Assembly (NCBI RefSeq): GCF_002571385.2
Contig: NW_019217939.1
Span: forward strand, 1 to 64,000
Direction of reading: 5' to 3'
Source of the DNA: Stylophora pistillata
Lineage: Eukaryota
Length of the DNA: 64,000 nucleotides
The stretch's first letter is position 1, and each line of letters starts with the position of its first letter. Below are positions 1-10,122 of this stretch, one piece after another. The position numbers and the translations under genes were made by a program. Under the pieces are notes generated by a model, which was not told where the DNA came from, searched no databases, and was given only the letters and a program-made list of their open reading frames with translations.

Positions 1-248
1 GTTTTCTAAGGTTTATTATACTTGAGTTGAATTGGTTCGTACTTTCCCTTGCTGACTCCCCAATTGTAAATTTCTGCTTTAAAGACGTAACTGTTTCAGT
101 GGCCAGATAATGTCTATATTATCTCTTTTTTCTATATCGGTAAGAGCATCGAGGTATAAACGGTGATCGAGAGACTATCTTTCCTTACTATGTTTCTAGA
201 CTTCTCCACCGCAGCCGTCTTTTTTAAACTACTTCACTTGTCTTTCAG

Positions 249-515
249 TATTTCGTCAGTATCAACATCATCAAGTGCTTCAACATCGTCGTCAGCGTCA
301 ACATCATCAAGCGCTTCCACATCTTCGTCAGCATCGACATCATCAAGTGCTTCAACATCATCTTCAGTGTCGACTTCATCAAGTGTCTCAACATCGTCGT
401 CAATTTCGACTTCATCAAGCATTTCAACATCGTCGTCGGCATCAACTTCATCAAGCGCTTCAACATCATCATCAGTGTCGACATCGTCCTCTGTTTCCAC
501 ACCAACTACAACGAG
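249..515 (+). CDS. Mucin S/T-repeat exon (267 nt, phase 2-2)
   Basis: ctttcag|T ... ACGAG|gtatg; ends SVSTPTTT. Confidence 0.85.
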
Positions 516-3500
516 GTATGAATTGCATAGACTCAGCTCAATATCTATATTCAGCTCAATATCAGTATCATGTGACAATATGATATTCAAGTCTCACTTT
601 GTACCATTTCGACACAAAAGAATTACAATTAAAGTCTTGATAGTTATGCTTTTTCCCATTAGAATTTGGTTGATATCATACAACCTTTTGTTAGGTTGCA
701 AGCTTTTACTCTTGCAATAAAAAAAATTCTCCTTCGTCTTAATTGCTAAGAGATTTCTTAGACTCCTCAAACATGTACATAGTTTATTTTCGGACTTACC
801 GTATGTTAAAACTTTAGTGCTATGTTAAAGCTTTGTTGTGTACATACAGTTTGATGTGAAATTTTAATCACGTCTTTATTTCAGTGTGTCTACTTCAAGT
901 TCATCAAGTGTGTCAACCTCCTCGAGGTATATATAATGTGTTTTAAAGTTATAAATCTATAATCATATCAAAGATATAAATAATATCAAAGATATAAATC
1001 TATAATCATATTTAAAAGAGTAAATAGATAAACTAATGTGTTAGTCTTTCCGACGCATGAAATTTTTAAATTCTTTTGTAGTGTGTCGACATCGAGCTCT
1101 GCGTCAACTTCGTCAAGTGTGTCAACATCGTCAAGGTAGAAACAAACATAATGGTTTTACATTAGATCTTTAAGTTAAATGAAATTTATGGATCATGTCA
1201 ATTATTGGTCGTAAGGTTTTACATTAGATTTTTAAGTTAACTGAAATTTATATTATTCTGGATCATGTCAATTATTGGTTGTAAGAGGACTAGTTAGTTC
1301 ATTGGTTTTATTTTCATTTAATCTTTTTTCTGCAAATGATTTTTTCTTTTCGCTGTTGTTAATGGACTGTTGTAAACATTGCATTTTTTGCATTTTATAT
1401 GAAACCTTGACAACTACTTTGGTGTTTTATTTTCCAATCAGCGCATCAACCTCAAGTTCTGTGTCGACATCATCATCGGCGTCGACGTCATCTAGTGTTT
1501 CAACACCAACAACAACGACGTATGAATTAGCTCTTTTAGACCTTGTTTATGGACCTCTGTGAATTTTTTGCTGGACATAACTTAGACACTACATCTTATC
1601 ATCTAGTTTATTTACCTCTTCAAAGTTATTAATGGTGTCGTTAATACATGTGATACTATTTTGGGGTATTTAACGCGACGCGACAACGTTTTTTTCACAA
1701 CTGTTTTTAAGAATAAACATGTTTTGATTCAGACTATCTTTACCTCAATATCTGTTGATAAAGGTCGTCAATTTTTATTTTATACTTGAGCTGACTTGGT
1801 CAGTAGTTACCCTTATTGACTCCTTAATTGTAAATTTCTGCCTTGAAGACAGAAACGTTTAAGTAGCCAGATAATTTTTATGCTATCTTAAAATGTTTTG
1901 CTCCTTTTTCGTACACAGTTAAGAGGATCGAGGTGAATAATGGAGATTTAGAGACCTTGTTTGTAGACTTCGTGACGAAAAACCTTTATCCACCGGAACC
2001 GTCTTTCTTAAACTACTTTACTTGTCTTTCAGTATTTCTACATCAAGTTCTGTATCCACATCATCGTCAATCTCGACGTCGTCTAGTGTGTCAACCTCAT
2101 CAAGGTAGTTGGTTATCTCATTTTTGAAGATCAATCCGTGTGATTTCAAATACGCGCCTTTCTCATTTTACTTGGGTAGTTTCCATAAAAAAAACTTCGT
2201 TGACGCAATTGTGATCAACTGGTTTATTTGAAAGTGAAAGTAGAAATAAAGGAAATATTTCTTGTTAAGATTGTCTGAACTCTTTCATAGTATATCTGCA
2301 TCAAGTTCGGCATCAACGTCATCAAGTGCTTCAACCTCGTCTTCACGTTCAACATCATCGAGTGCTTCAACGTATTCGTCAGCATCGACGTCATCAAGTG
2401 TTTCAACGTCGTCGTCAGTGTCGACATCGTCGAGTGCTTCAACGACGTCGTCAGCATCGACGTCGTCAAGTGCTTCAACGTCGTCGTCAGTGTCCACGTC
2501 ATCAAGTATTTCAACATCTTCGTCAATTTCCACCTCATCGAGCATTTCTACATCTTCGTCGGCATCAACATCATCAAGCACTTCAACATCATCATCAGCG
2601 TCTACATCGTCATCTGTTTCGACACCAACTACCACGAGGTAAGGACTTAATCTCGTTAAGATCACAAAAGATGTGACCACTTTCTCTGAGTTCTGAAACG
2701 CATTCTGAACAGTTATTACCCCCAAACAGCTTACCTCAAATAATCCACAGCTGCTTTTTCTCATGCAGACTAAACAATTTTGATCTAAGTCTCACAGACT
2801 TTTAGTTGTGACTAGTCAAATTTGAGCCAAAGATATCATCACCCTTCATTTTCATTATAAATAAATTTTAGTAGATAGGTTAGTACAATCCGAAAGCGTT
2901 TAAATCGTGTAATTATTTTTAGCATTTTGCAAGACCACATATAAGGCATTGAAATTGAATCATTGGTTAAAAAAAAAACAATAGCAGAAAACTTAAAAAT
3001 TTGAAATGGATTGGGCCTTAAGTATCTATAAGCAGTGACAAAGAGTTGGCATTACCGATCGCACAGCAACGAGCAAAATTTAGAAAATTTCGATTAAATT
3101 TTAGTTATATATGTTGCACTTGTTTTCAAATATTCCTTTCTATTTCTCCCTACAGTGTGTCTACTTCAAGTTCGTCAAGTGTGTCTACTTCATCAAGGTA
3201 TCATAAAAATATTTCATACCCATATGCGATTTTAAAGTAAGTTATTGCTTGAGCGAAACTACAAAGCCAATCATAGAAAGTATATGAGCTCTATCTCAAA
3301 TGCCATTACACTTTTCAATTTTATTTTAGTGTTTCGACATCAAGTTCAGCATCGACATCATCAAGCGTTTCAACTTCATCAAGGTAAGGAAAGACAATGG
3401 TGTTACATTACTTCCTACGCCTTTTTAAAACGTTTTATCGTTTGTTAATAACATCGTGTTAACCTCTGCTTTCTTTTTCCTTTTATTGCTAATACCATCA

Positions 3501-6350
3501 ATATAAAACCATTGAAACACAGGTATTTTTATTGATATCATCATTTTTAGCGCGTCAACTTCAAGTTCAGTGTCAACATCTTCCTCGGCGTCGACGTCAT
3601 CGAGTGTTTCAACACCAACAACGACGAGGTAGGAATAATGCTTAAAAGACCTTGTTTCTAGACTTTGTGAGAAAGCCTAACTTTATTCCTAGATTATGTT
3701 GGGCTACTCGTAGTTCTTTGGTATTTCTTAATCATATAATTGCATCCACTTTATCGTCAATCTCAACATCTTCTGGTGAGTTAACCCCGTCAAGGTAAAT
3801 AGCCATCTAAATTTTTAAAGATCATTACGTGTGATCTCAGAATTACATCTTTACCTCTTGGTATAAGTACTTTCTTTCGGGGAACTTTTGCAAGGTTATT
3901 CGGATTAACAGATGAATTTAGATTTAAAAAGAAGAAAGGAAAGAAATCGTTTTGTTTAAGATGTATTATAATATCTCTCCTAGTGCCTCTACATCAAGTT
4001 CGGTATCAACATCATCCAGTGCTTCAACCTCGTCGTCACGGTCAACATCATCAAGTGCTTCAACTTCATCATCGGTATCGACATTCTCCAGCGTTTCTAC
4101 GTCGTCATCAGTGGCGACATCGTCAACTGCTTCAACCTCGTCGTCAGCGTCGACGTCATCAAGTGCTTCAACTTCGTCCTCAGGGTCAACATCATCAAGT
4201 GCTTCAACTTCGTCCACAGCGTCAACATCATCGAGTGCCCCAACATCGTCATCAGCGTCGACATCATCAAGTGCTTCAACTTCTTCGTCAGTGTCCACAT
4301 CATCAAGTATTTCAACATCTTCGTCAATTTCGACCTCATCGAGCATTTCAACATCGTCGTCGGCATCAACATCATCTAGCGCTTCAACATCATCATCAGC
4401 GTCTACATCGTCCTCTGTTTCGACACCAACTACCACAAGGTAAGGACTTAATGTCGTTGAGATTACTATAGATGTGACCATTAAGTCTGCGCTCTGGAAT
4501 GCATTCATAAATAGATATTATACATGAACAGCTTGTCTCACAAAATCTACACCTACCTTTCATAAATAACTTTGAACGATTTTGATCTAAGCGTGGGTTT
4601 ATGTGGTTTTGAATAGTCAGAGCTGTGCCAAAATATTATGAGCCTTTTATTCAGAGTAAATTTTAGTATATTGTATTTATTCTCCTTGAGCGTTCAAATC
4701 GACTCGTTGTCCCAAGTGTTTTACATGATCAAATGAATGACATAAATAATAAACAAAGATTAAAAACTCTGTACTCCACATGTACAAAATAGATATTTAA
4801 ATTAAAAGCAACATAAAATAGGTAAGGCTTCAAGAAGCTTGAAACAAAGACAAAGTATTGGAATTTCTGATAGCACAGCACCAAAGAAATGATTTGTAAA
4901 CTTTATCAAATATTAGTGGTGCTATTCTACATATGTTACAGTCGGTTTCTCATCTTGCTTTTTATTTCTCTCTAAAGTTTGTCTACTTCAAGTTCGTCAA
5001 GTGTGTCAACTTCATCCAGGTATCAAAAAATTTATTTGATTCACAGACGTAATTTTAAAATTAGGGTTACGGCTTGAACGAAGCTACAAAGCCAACCTGA
5101 GAAACCCTTTAAGCTGCCTTTCTAACGCCGTTACATTTTTTTGTATCATTTAGTGTTTCGACATCAAGTTCCGCGTCGACATCATCAAGTGTCTCAACTT
5201 CTTCAAGGTAATGAAAGACGATTGTGTTACAATACTTTTCATGCTTACTTGAAATGTTTTTTCCTTTTATTTGAAGTTTATTAGGAGCATCGTGCTAAGC
5301 TCTCTATTTCGTTTTCTTTTTATTGCACATACCATCAACATAAAGCAATTAAAACGCGATTTTTTTATTATCATCATTTTCAGCGCTTCAACTTCAAGTT
5401 CCGTGTCGACATCATCATCAGCGTCGACATCTTCGAGTGTTTCAACACCAACAACGACAAGGTATAAATGACATTTTAGTGACCTTTTCCTGGATCTCTA
5501 AAGGTGACAACTTTAATTTAATTCTTTTAAGGCTTAACATAATAATTACGAAAGAGATGTATTGACTTTTGTATAAAGGCCCGTGCAAACGCTCGCAACA
5601 ACACGCAACATCGTTGGGCCAACATTGCTGTCTCCTGTTGCGCGAAGTTAGCCCATGTGTGCAAAGGCTCGCAACAAGTGACAACATGTTGGGTCTTTAG
5701 ATGAGAAACTGTAGCCTGTCCAAATAAATCCAACTGGATTTGTAGTTTTCACCTAGTCCTTGGCCAGATATTTTTGCCTCTCGGCCAACTTGAGCACGCA
5801 AACTAGTAATCTTCGCCTTGATTTCTGCAACGTCAATGTCCAGAATGTCTCTCATCTCTTCGGAAGCTCTTTCGCGTTTGCTTCGCATGTGGTAATCCTT
5901 TTTGTTGACATCCTACAAGCAATCTTTTTCCCCAAGAAGATCGATCAGTTGATCGATTTCCGATTCCGTCCACCTTCTAGCTCTTCCTCCGTCTTTTCCG
6001 TCACTAGCCGCTTTCTTTTTGCTCTTGGTTGCTGTTAATTCCCCGATTAATTCCTCGTTCACGTTTTCCATATCCGACACCATGTTGATTTCTTGTTCGC
6101 ATGTATTTGTGTTTTGAAATCTCAGTGGATACGTGGCATGTAGTGCGCATGCACCGGCGCAACATTGTTGGATGTACTGTGAAAACGAACGCAACATTGT
6201 TGGACCACGCTTCGATGACCACGAAACAAGAGAAACGTTGGCACTTGTTGGCTCTGAAGTTTGACCAGTTTCAAACCTCATCCAACAACTTCCAACAAGT
6301 CGTAACAACACGCAACAACACACAACATGGTGTGCAAACGGTCGCAACAT

Positions 6351-6383
<33 letters not shown>

Positions 6384-9300
6384 ACAATGTTGCGAGCGTT
6401 TGCACGGGCCTTAAGCTTGGTATAAAAGTAGCCCCTTTGTTGTACGTGTTTTTATATTCGCCTCGTCGTAAATTTCAAAATCTGTCATTTTCAGTCTCAA
6501 CAGACACACTTTGTTACTTTCTATAACGATATGGTCAATTTGGGTTTGTCCGTAGTCACAGTCATGTGCTCCTAAAGAAAATTATTTAAGCCTCTCAGAT
6601 GTAAAGTTCCATGTAGTGATGATTTAATTATTATTCAAATGATTTTAAAAATGACCATTTATAAAATTTTTGATAAATTGTACAATACATTTCAGTATCT
6701 CTACATCAAGTTCTGCTTCGACGTCTTCGAGTGTATCAACTTCGTCGTCAGTTTCGACCTCCAGCTCTGCCTCAACATCAAGCTCTGCCTCGACATCGAG
6801 CTCCGCCTCGACATCGAGCTCTGCCTCAACATCAAGCTCAGCATCAACATCAAGCTCTGCCTCGACATCGAGCTCTGTCTCGACATCAAGCTCAGCATCG
6901 ACATCTAGCTCTGCCTCGACATCAAGTTCAGCATCGACATCTAGTTCTGCCTCGACATCAAGTTCTGTGTCGACTTCATCATCAATCTCCACCTCATCGA
7001 GTTTGTCGACCTCGTCAAGGTATCGTTATTTCTTGAGCCTGTTTTGAGTGTCCTAAAGTATTTCAATGTTTTTTTAAAAGTTTACTTTACCGTGTAAATG
7101 ATCGGGACAACATCGGGAATAAACCTTGCGGTTTAAAATGAAGCAGACCGCGATCTGGCATTTAAGAAGTTGGATGACGGGCCTTCAATTTGTCTTCAGT
7201 GAGTAATTGCAATGATCTTTTAAAGTTCTGTAACTGAATTGCAGCTGTTCAGGTGATATGCACTATGAGCACTCGTTGTAAAGATGCAAGGAGACAAGTA
7301 TAGTTATCGTTCTGTAAATAAAAACGTTCAAGAAATACTCAGCTTTTTGTTATTTGAAGTCCTTATTTTTTTTTATTTCATAAAGTAAAACGCCAACCTC
7401 AAGTTCTCGCAGTACATCATCAAGGTACGTTGTATATTTTCCACCGTTCTTACCTGAAACTTAATCAACGGTCAAAAACTCACAAACCTAAAATATCCTG
7501 ATTTACGTTTTGAAAGAAATAACATTTAACAGTTTGATGTACTTTTCTTCTTACAGCTCAAGTCTTACCTCCTCAATTTCTTCTTCAATCTCACCGACTA
7601 CATCCTCATCAGTTTCGACATCTGTCTCAAGTAGTAAGTGATTCAACGATTTTAGCAATTGTTAATCTCTATCATCATAGAGGAAATTTATTTAAAATTG
7701 TGTTTCCTATCAAATTTCTTCCCAACGCCTAAAGCCCTAATTTCGAAAAACGGTTCACTTCGATCAAGAATTAAATTTAATAGCTTTAGACTGTAAAAAC
7801 TAACTTTTGGGGGCGTTATTCTTTTTTAGCAATAACCCTTGGCGCAATGGTACTAAGCTAAATCGAATTTAATGGGTTTTTTTTACGCCTTAAAAACCCC
7901 TTTAACTACATTTGCACTTATGATTAAAAAACTGGAAAGTACCACAAACATGATGAATTTGACAAAATTAGGAAGTAATTTTCTCAAGGTGTCTAGTAAT
8001 TACATGTTTTTTGTGTATGCACGTCACAATTTGTGACGTGCCCACGTTTTTTGCAAAGTAATTCTATTTTACTTTTTCTTTCAATTCCAGGTTCAATCTG
8101 TCCAATTTGTGTATACAAAAACAGATTAAATGAAACTGAAAAGCATTACGTAAGTCGAGATTGAGGTCCATTTCTTTCTGTAACTGTTACCAAATATTTC
8201 TTGCCCTCTATAAACAGTATACTGCAGTATGCTGCATAAACCTTTTGGTAAATCAGGCGGCCATTCGATTTGAAACCGTTACAAGGCTCTGATAGACCAT
8301 CAGGCTCTCTAATACTTATCTGCTAACTTTCTGGGCCGATCACGACTGGAGTCACCCTTTCACTCTCAAGATCTGGTTGTCAATTCTCCTTCTGGCTGCC
8401 ACACTTTTCCTTTTAAACTAGTGACACGAATTTTTTGAAAGATTAAGCTAACCTCTACCTAATACGTTTCGGTATTCTTATAACCTTGTTCGCTGGATAA
8501 GTATGGAAATCAATGGGAGAAGTTACTAGTTAATTACTTCTAGGTGTTCATTTTCCTTCACGTCTCAAATTAAGCGATTTAGGAGTAGTATGTTGGGCCT
8601 GTAGAATAATAACCGAGAGGCCTCGGTCCGAGTGTCTCGGCCGAGTAAGATCTAATTAGTTATTCAGGTCACGTAGGTGTACGAGTTAACATAATCTCGA
8701 GCATGCATGTTATACATTGGTTTCTTGACAGACTGTTTTCAAGAAAAGCAGTTTACAACTGTACCGTGACTTATTCTGAAGCATTTTCTTCGTTTCATTT
8801 TAGGAGGGAGAATCCTGGAAGGATGGACCTTGTAAGACTGTTAAATGTAAAGTAGTTGCTAATGACTGCTTTGAAAACAACCAAGTTGCCCTAATAGAAG
8901 TCTACATACAGGAATGTTCTGAATGTCCTAAGGTGAGTGGAGTGCAATCCTTGCAGTGATTGAAATCGAGCGCATTTCTTTTATTTTGTCAAAACAGTTT
9001 GTAGATCAAATATTACCTGTTATAAGACTAAATACCTCGGTAGGGCTTTAATAATTGGCCGCCACGAGTCCATCACGTTGCACATAGGTGTGATCCTGGT
9101 AGCAAACAAAAGAAGTAATTATTTCTCTTTTTTAAAGGGATACCAACGACCATCATCAGAAGATCAGTGCTGTCCAAAATGCGGTTTGTATTTATTCTAT
9201 TCTTCATTCAATATATTTTCTAAAGATGGGGGGGGGGAAGGGGGGGGAAGGGGTGAAAACGACATGTTATGTTGTTATGTGCATATATTTCTCTCTTGAA

Positions 9301-9952
9301 CAGGCAACTCCCAAAAAAATCTCGAATTCAATGTTTGCCATCTTCTTTCAAACCGTCTAGTACAATACTGTTTTCAACCTAGTGAAACAATCTTGAAATA
9401 GTCTTGGCTGATTTTAATGTTGGATGGGACAATTTTTTATTGCGGTTTTGTAGGCTTGACGTTTCAAACGATAATCACACTTAGTTTACTATAATGGCTC
9501 ATATGCATGCGATATTTTTGGTTTATTTTACAGTAAAAACGGAAGAAGATGAGGAGACCTGCAAACTATACCATAACCCGATCCCGAGACACGTTACAAC
9601 CATCGACGGCTGCGTCTCGAAGGAAAAAATAAATGTCACTGAATGCCGTGGTAATTGTTACTCAAAGACTGAAGCATCAACCGTACCACCAGGTTACAAA
9701 AAATGCCACTGCTGCAAGCCAAAATCTGAATACCTAACAAAAATCAATGTCACCTGCACGAGAGGAGGTGAGGTTGAGGAGAAAGAAGCCGAGTTACTTG
9801 TCATCACGGAATGCGAATGCGGGCCACATAGATGCGAGGCAACAGCTTCACACCGCGGTGAAGAAATTCGGAACGAAGACAATGAGCTCGTGGATATGAA
9901 GAAAAAGCGCCGTCGCCGCGCCTTGTCGCGTCTCTTTGCCCTTCCTCCGTAG
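249..9952 (+). CDS. Mucin-like secreted glycoprotein, 3' part (Ser/Thr hexapeptide repeats, VWC-like domain, C-terminal cystine knot); 20 exons in window, 5' end outside window
   Basis: GT-AG exons splice in frame into ~920 codons: (S[AVI]STSS)n, then CPIC..ESWKDGPC..C..CCPKC, then a CTCK with CxGxC and CxC motifs. Stop TAG 9950-9952; AATAAA at 10022 and 10117. Confidence 0.85.
885..926 (+). CDS. Mucin 42-nt repeat exon (unit 1)
   Basis: tttcag|TGTG...TCGAG|gtat; VSTSSSSSVSTSS. Confidence 0.8.
1082..1135 (+). CDS. Mucin 54-nt repeat exon (unit 1)
   Basis: tttgtag|TGTG...TCAAG|gtag. Confidence 0.8.
1442..1519 (+). CDS. Mucin 78-nt repeat exon (unit 1)
   Basis: aatcag|CGCA...ACGAC|gtatga; ends PTTT. 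Confidence 0.75.
2033..2104 (+). CDS. Mucin 72-nt repeat exon (unit 2)
   Basis: ctttcag|TATT...TCAAG|gtagtt. Confidence 0.8.
2291..2638 (+). CDS. Mucin large repeat exon (348 nt, unit 2)
   Basis: ttcatag|TATA...ACGAG|gtaagg. Confidence 0.85.
3156..3197 (+). CDS. Mucin 42-nt repeat exon (unit 2)
   Basis: cctacag|TGTG...TCAAG|gtatc. Confidence 0.8.
3330..3383 (+). CDS. Mucin 54-nt repeat exon (unit 2)
   Basis: ttttag|TGTT...TCAAG|gtaagg. Confidence 0.8.
3551..3628 (+). CDS. Mucin 78-nt repeat exon (unit 2)
   Basis: tttttag|CGCG...ACGAG|gtagg. Confidence 0.8.
3722..3794 (+). pseudogene. Decayed copy (pseudo-exon) of the 72-nt mucin repeat exon
   Basis: Aligns by eye to 2033-2104 and its downstream intron. 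The acceptor AG reads GG, there is an in-frame TAA, and the length is 73 nt. Confidence 0.75.
3984..4439 (+). CDS. Mucin large repeat exon (456 nt, unit 3)
   Basis: ctcctag|TGCC...ACAAG|gtaagg. Confidence 0.85.
4978..5019 (+). CDS. Mucin 42-nt repeat exon (unit 3)
   Basis: ctctaaag|TTTG...CCAG|gtatc. Confidence 0.75.
5154..5207 (+). CDS. Mucin 54-nt repeat exon (unit 3)
   Basis: catttag|TGTT...TCAAG|gtaatg. Confidence 0.8.
5384..5461 (+). CDS. Mucin 78-nt repeat exon (unit 3)
   Basis: ttttcag|CGCT...ACAAG|gtata. Confidence 0.8.
5577..6411 (-). mobile_element. Non-autonomous PIF/Harbinger DNA transposon (835 bp) in a mucin intron
   Basis: Perfect 24-bp TIR AGGCCCGTGCAAACGCTCGCAACA, TAA TSD at 5574-5576 and 6412-6414, many subterminal GCAACA/CCAACA motifs, internal MADF ORF remnant. 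Confidence 0.9.
5697..6083 (-). pseudogene. MADF (Myb/SANT-like) DNA-binding ORF of the Harbinger element, with a premature stop
   Basis: WTESEIDQLIDLLGEKDCL*DVNKKDYH..KRERA..IKAKITSLRAQ..SGQG..YKSSWIY..LQFL read in one frame; TAG at 5913-5915 replaces the conserved Trp. Confidence 0.8.
6696..7019 (+). CDS. Mucin repeat exon (324 nt = 18 x 18-nt units)
   Basis: atttcag|TATC...TCAAG|gtatc. Confidence 0.85.
7386..7424 (+). CDS. Mucin 39-nt exon (KTPTSSSRSTSS)
   Basis: cataaag|TAAA...TCAAG|gtacgt, phase 2-2. Confidence 0.7.
7557..7633 (+). CDS. Mucin last S/T-rich exon (phase 2-1)
   Basis: cttacag|CTCA...AGTA|gtaagt. Confidence 0.8.
8091..8149 (+). CDS. Mucin exon, start of Cys-rich region (SICPICVYKNRLNETEKHY)
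   Basis: attccag|GT...TAC|gtaagt, phase 1-0. Confidence 0.85.
8352..8552. mobile_element. Degenerate ~200-bp MITE-like interspersed repeat
   Basis: Resembles (recalled, not searched) an abundant coral MITE that begins ttaaccctttaactcccaagatctg; termini are decayed. Confidence 0.4.
8804..8932 (+). CDS. Mucin VWC-like exon (EGESWKDGPCKTVKC...ECSECPK)
   Basis: ttttag|GAG...AAG|gtgagt, phase 0-0. Confidence 0.85.
9138..9183 (+). CDS. Mucin exon (GYQRPSSEDQCCPKC), end of VWC-like domain
   Basis: tttaaag|GGA...TGCG|gtttgt; CCPxC motif. Confidence 0.85.
9534..9952 (+). CDS. Mucin terminal exon: CTCK domain plus polybasic tail
   Basis: tttacag|TA; 11 Cys including CRGNC, CHCC and CEC; stop TAG. 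Confidence 0.9.
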
Positions 9953-10116
9953 AGAAGAATAACAAGGGATATATATTTACCGATATTGTAGAAACAAGAG
10001 ATGAATTTTGGGTTGAAAAGGAATAAAAAGAGAACAAAAATGTCAGTGGAGTTCAAGGGAACGATGGGATATTTATATGAGTGAGATTAATTCTATACAG
10101 AGACTGCCTTTCTCGA

Positions 10117-10122
10117 AATAAA
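10117..10122 (+). terminator. Candidate polyadenylation signal of the mucin gene
   Basis: AATAAA followed by T/GT-rich sequence; a second AATAAA lies at 10022. Confidence 0.55.

Noticed and set aside
950-1290. Short AT-rich intronic duplications (950-1010; 1153-1285)
   Set aside because: Ordinary slippage duplications
1919-1932. Possible micro-exon (cag|TTAAGAGGATCGAG|gt)
   Set aside because: 14 nt, frameshifting, with an immediate TAA in the phase-2 frame; more likely a vestige
234-6992. Minus-strand Asp/Glu-rich ORFs (DDVEALDDVDA.., ELDVEA..) that look like coral acid-rich biomineralisation proteins
   Set aside because: They are antisense shadows of the Ser/Thr repeat. All splice sites, phase continuity and the link to VWC/CTCK exons are on the plus strand, and the acidic tracts stop exactly at plus-strand exon edges. 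Stranded RNA-seq would settle it; they are a mis-annotation risk.
249-7019. CRISPR-like or bacterial SRR-adhesin origin (contamination or HGT) of the repeats
   Set aside because: No repeat-spacer structure; spliceosomal introns and eukaryotic domains are present
275-7036. His/Gln/Arg-rich and Met/Thr/Leu-rich ORFs over the repeats
   Set aside because: Alternative frames of the same 18-nt repeat, with no independent start or splice support
9228-9253. G-rich tract with G-quadruplex potential in a mucin intron
   Set aside because: Simple homopolymer runs, error-prone in assembly, with no further evidence of function
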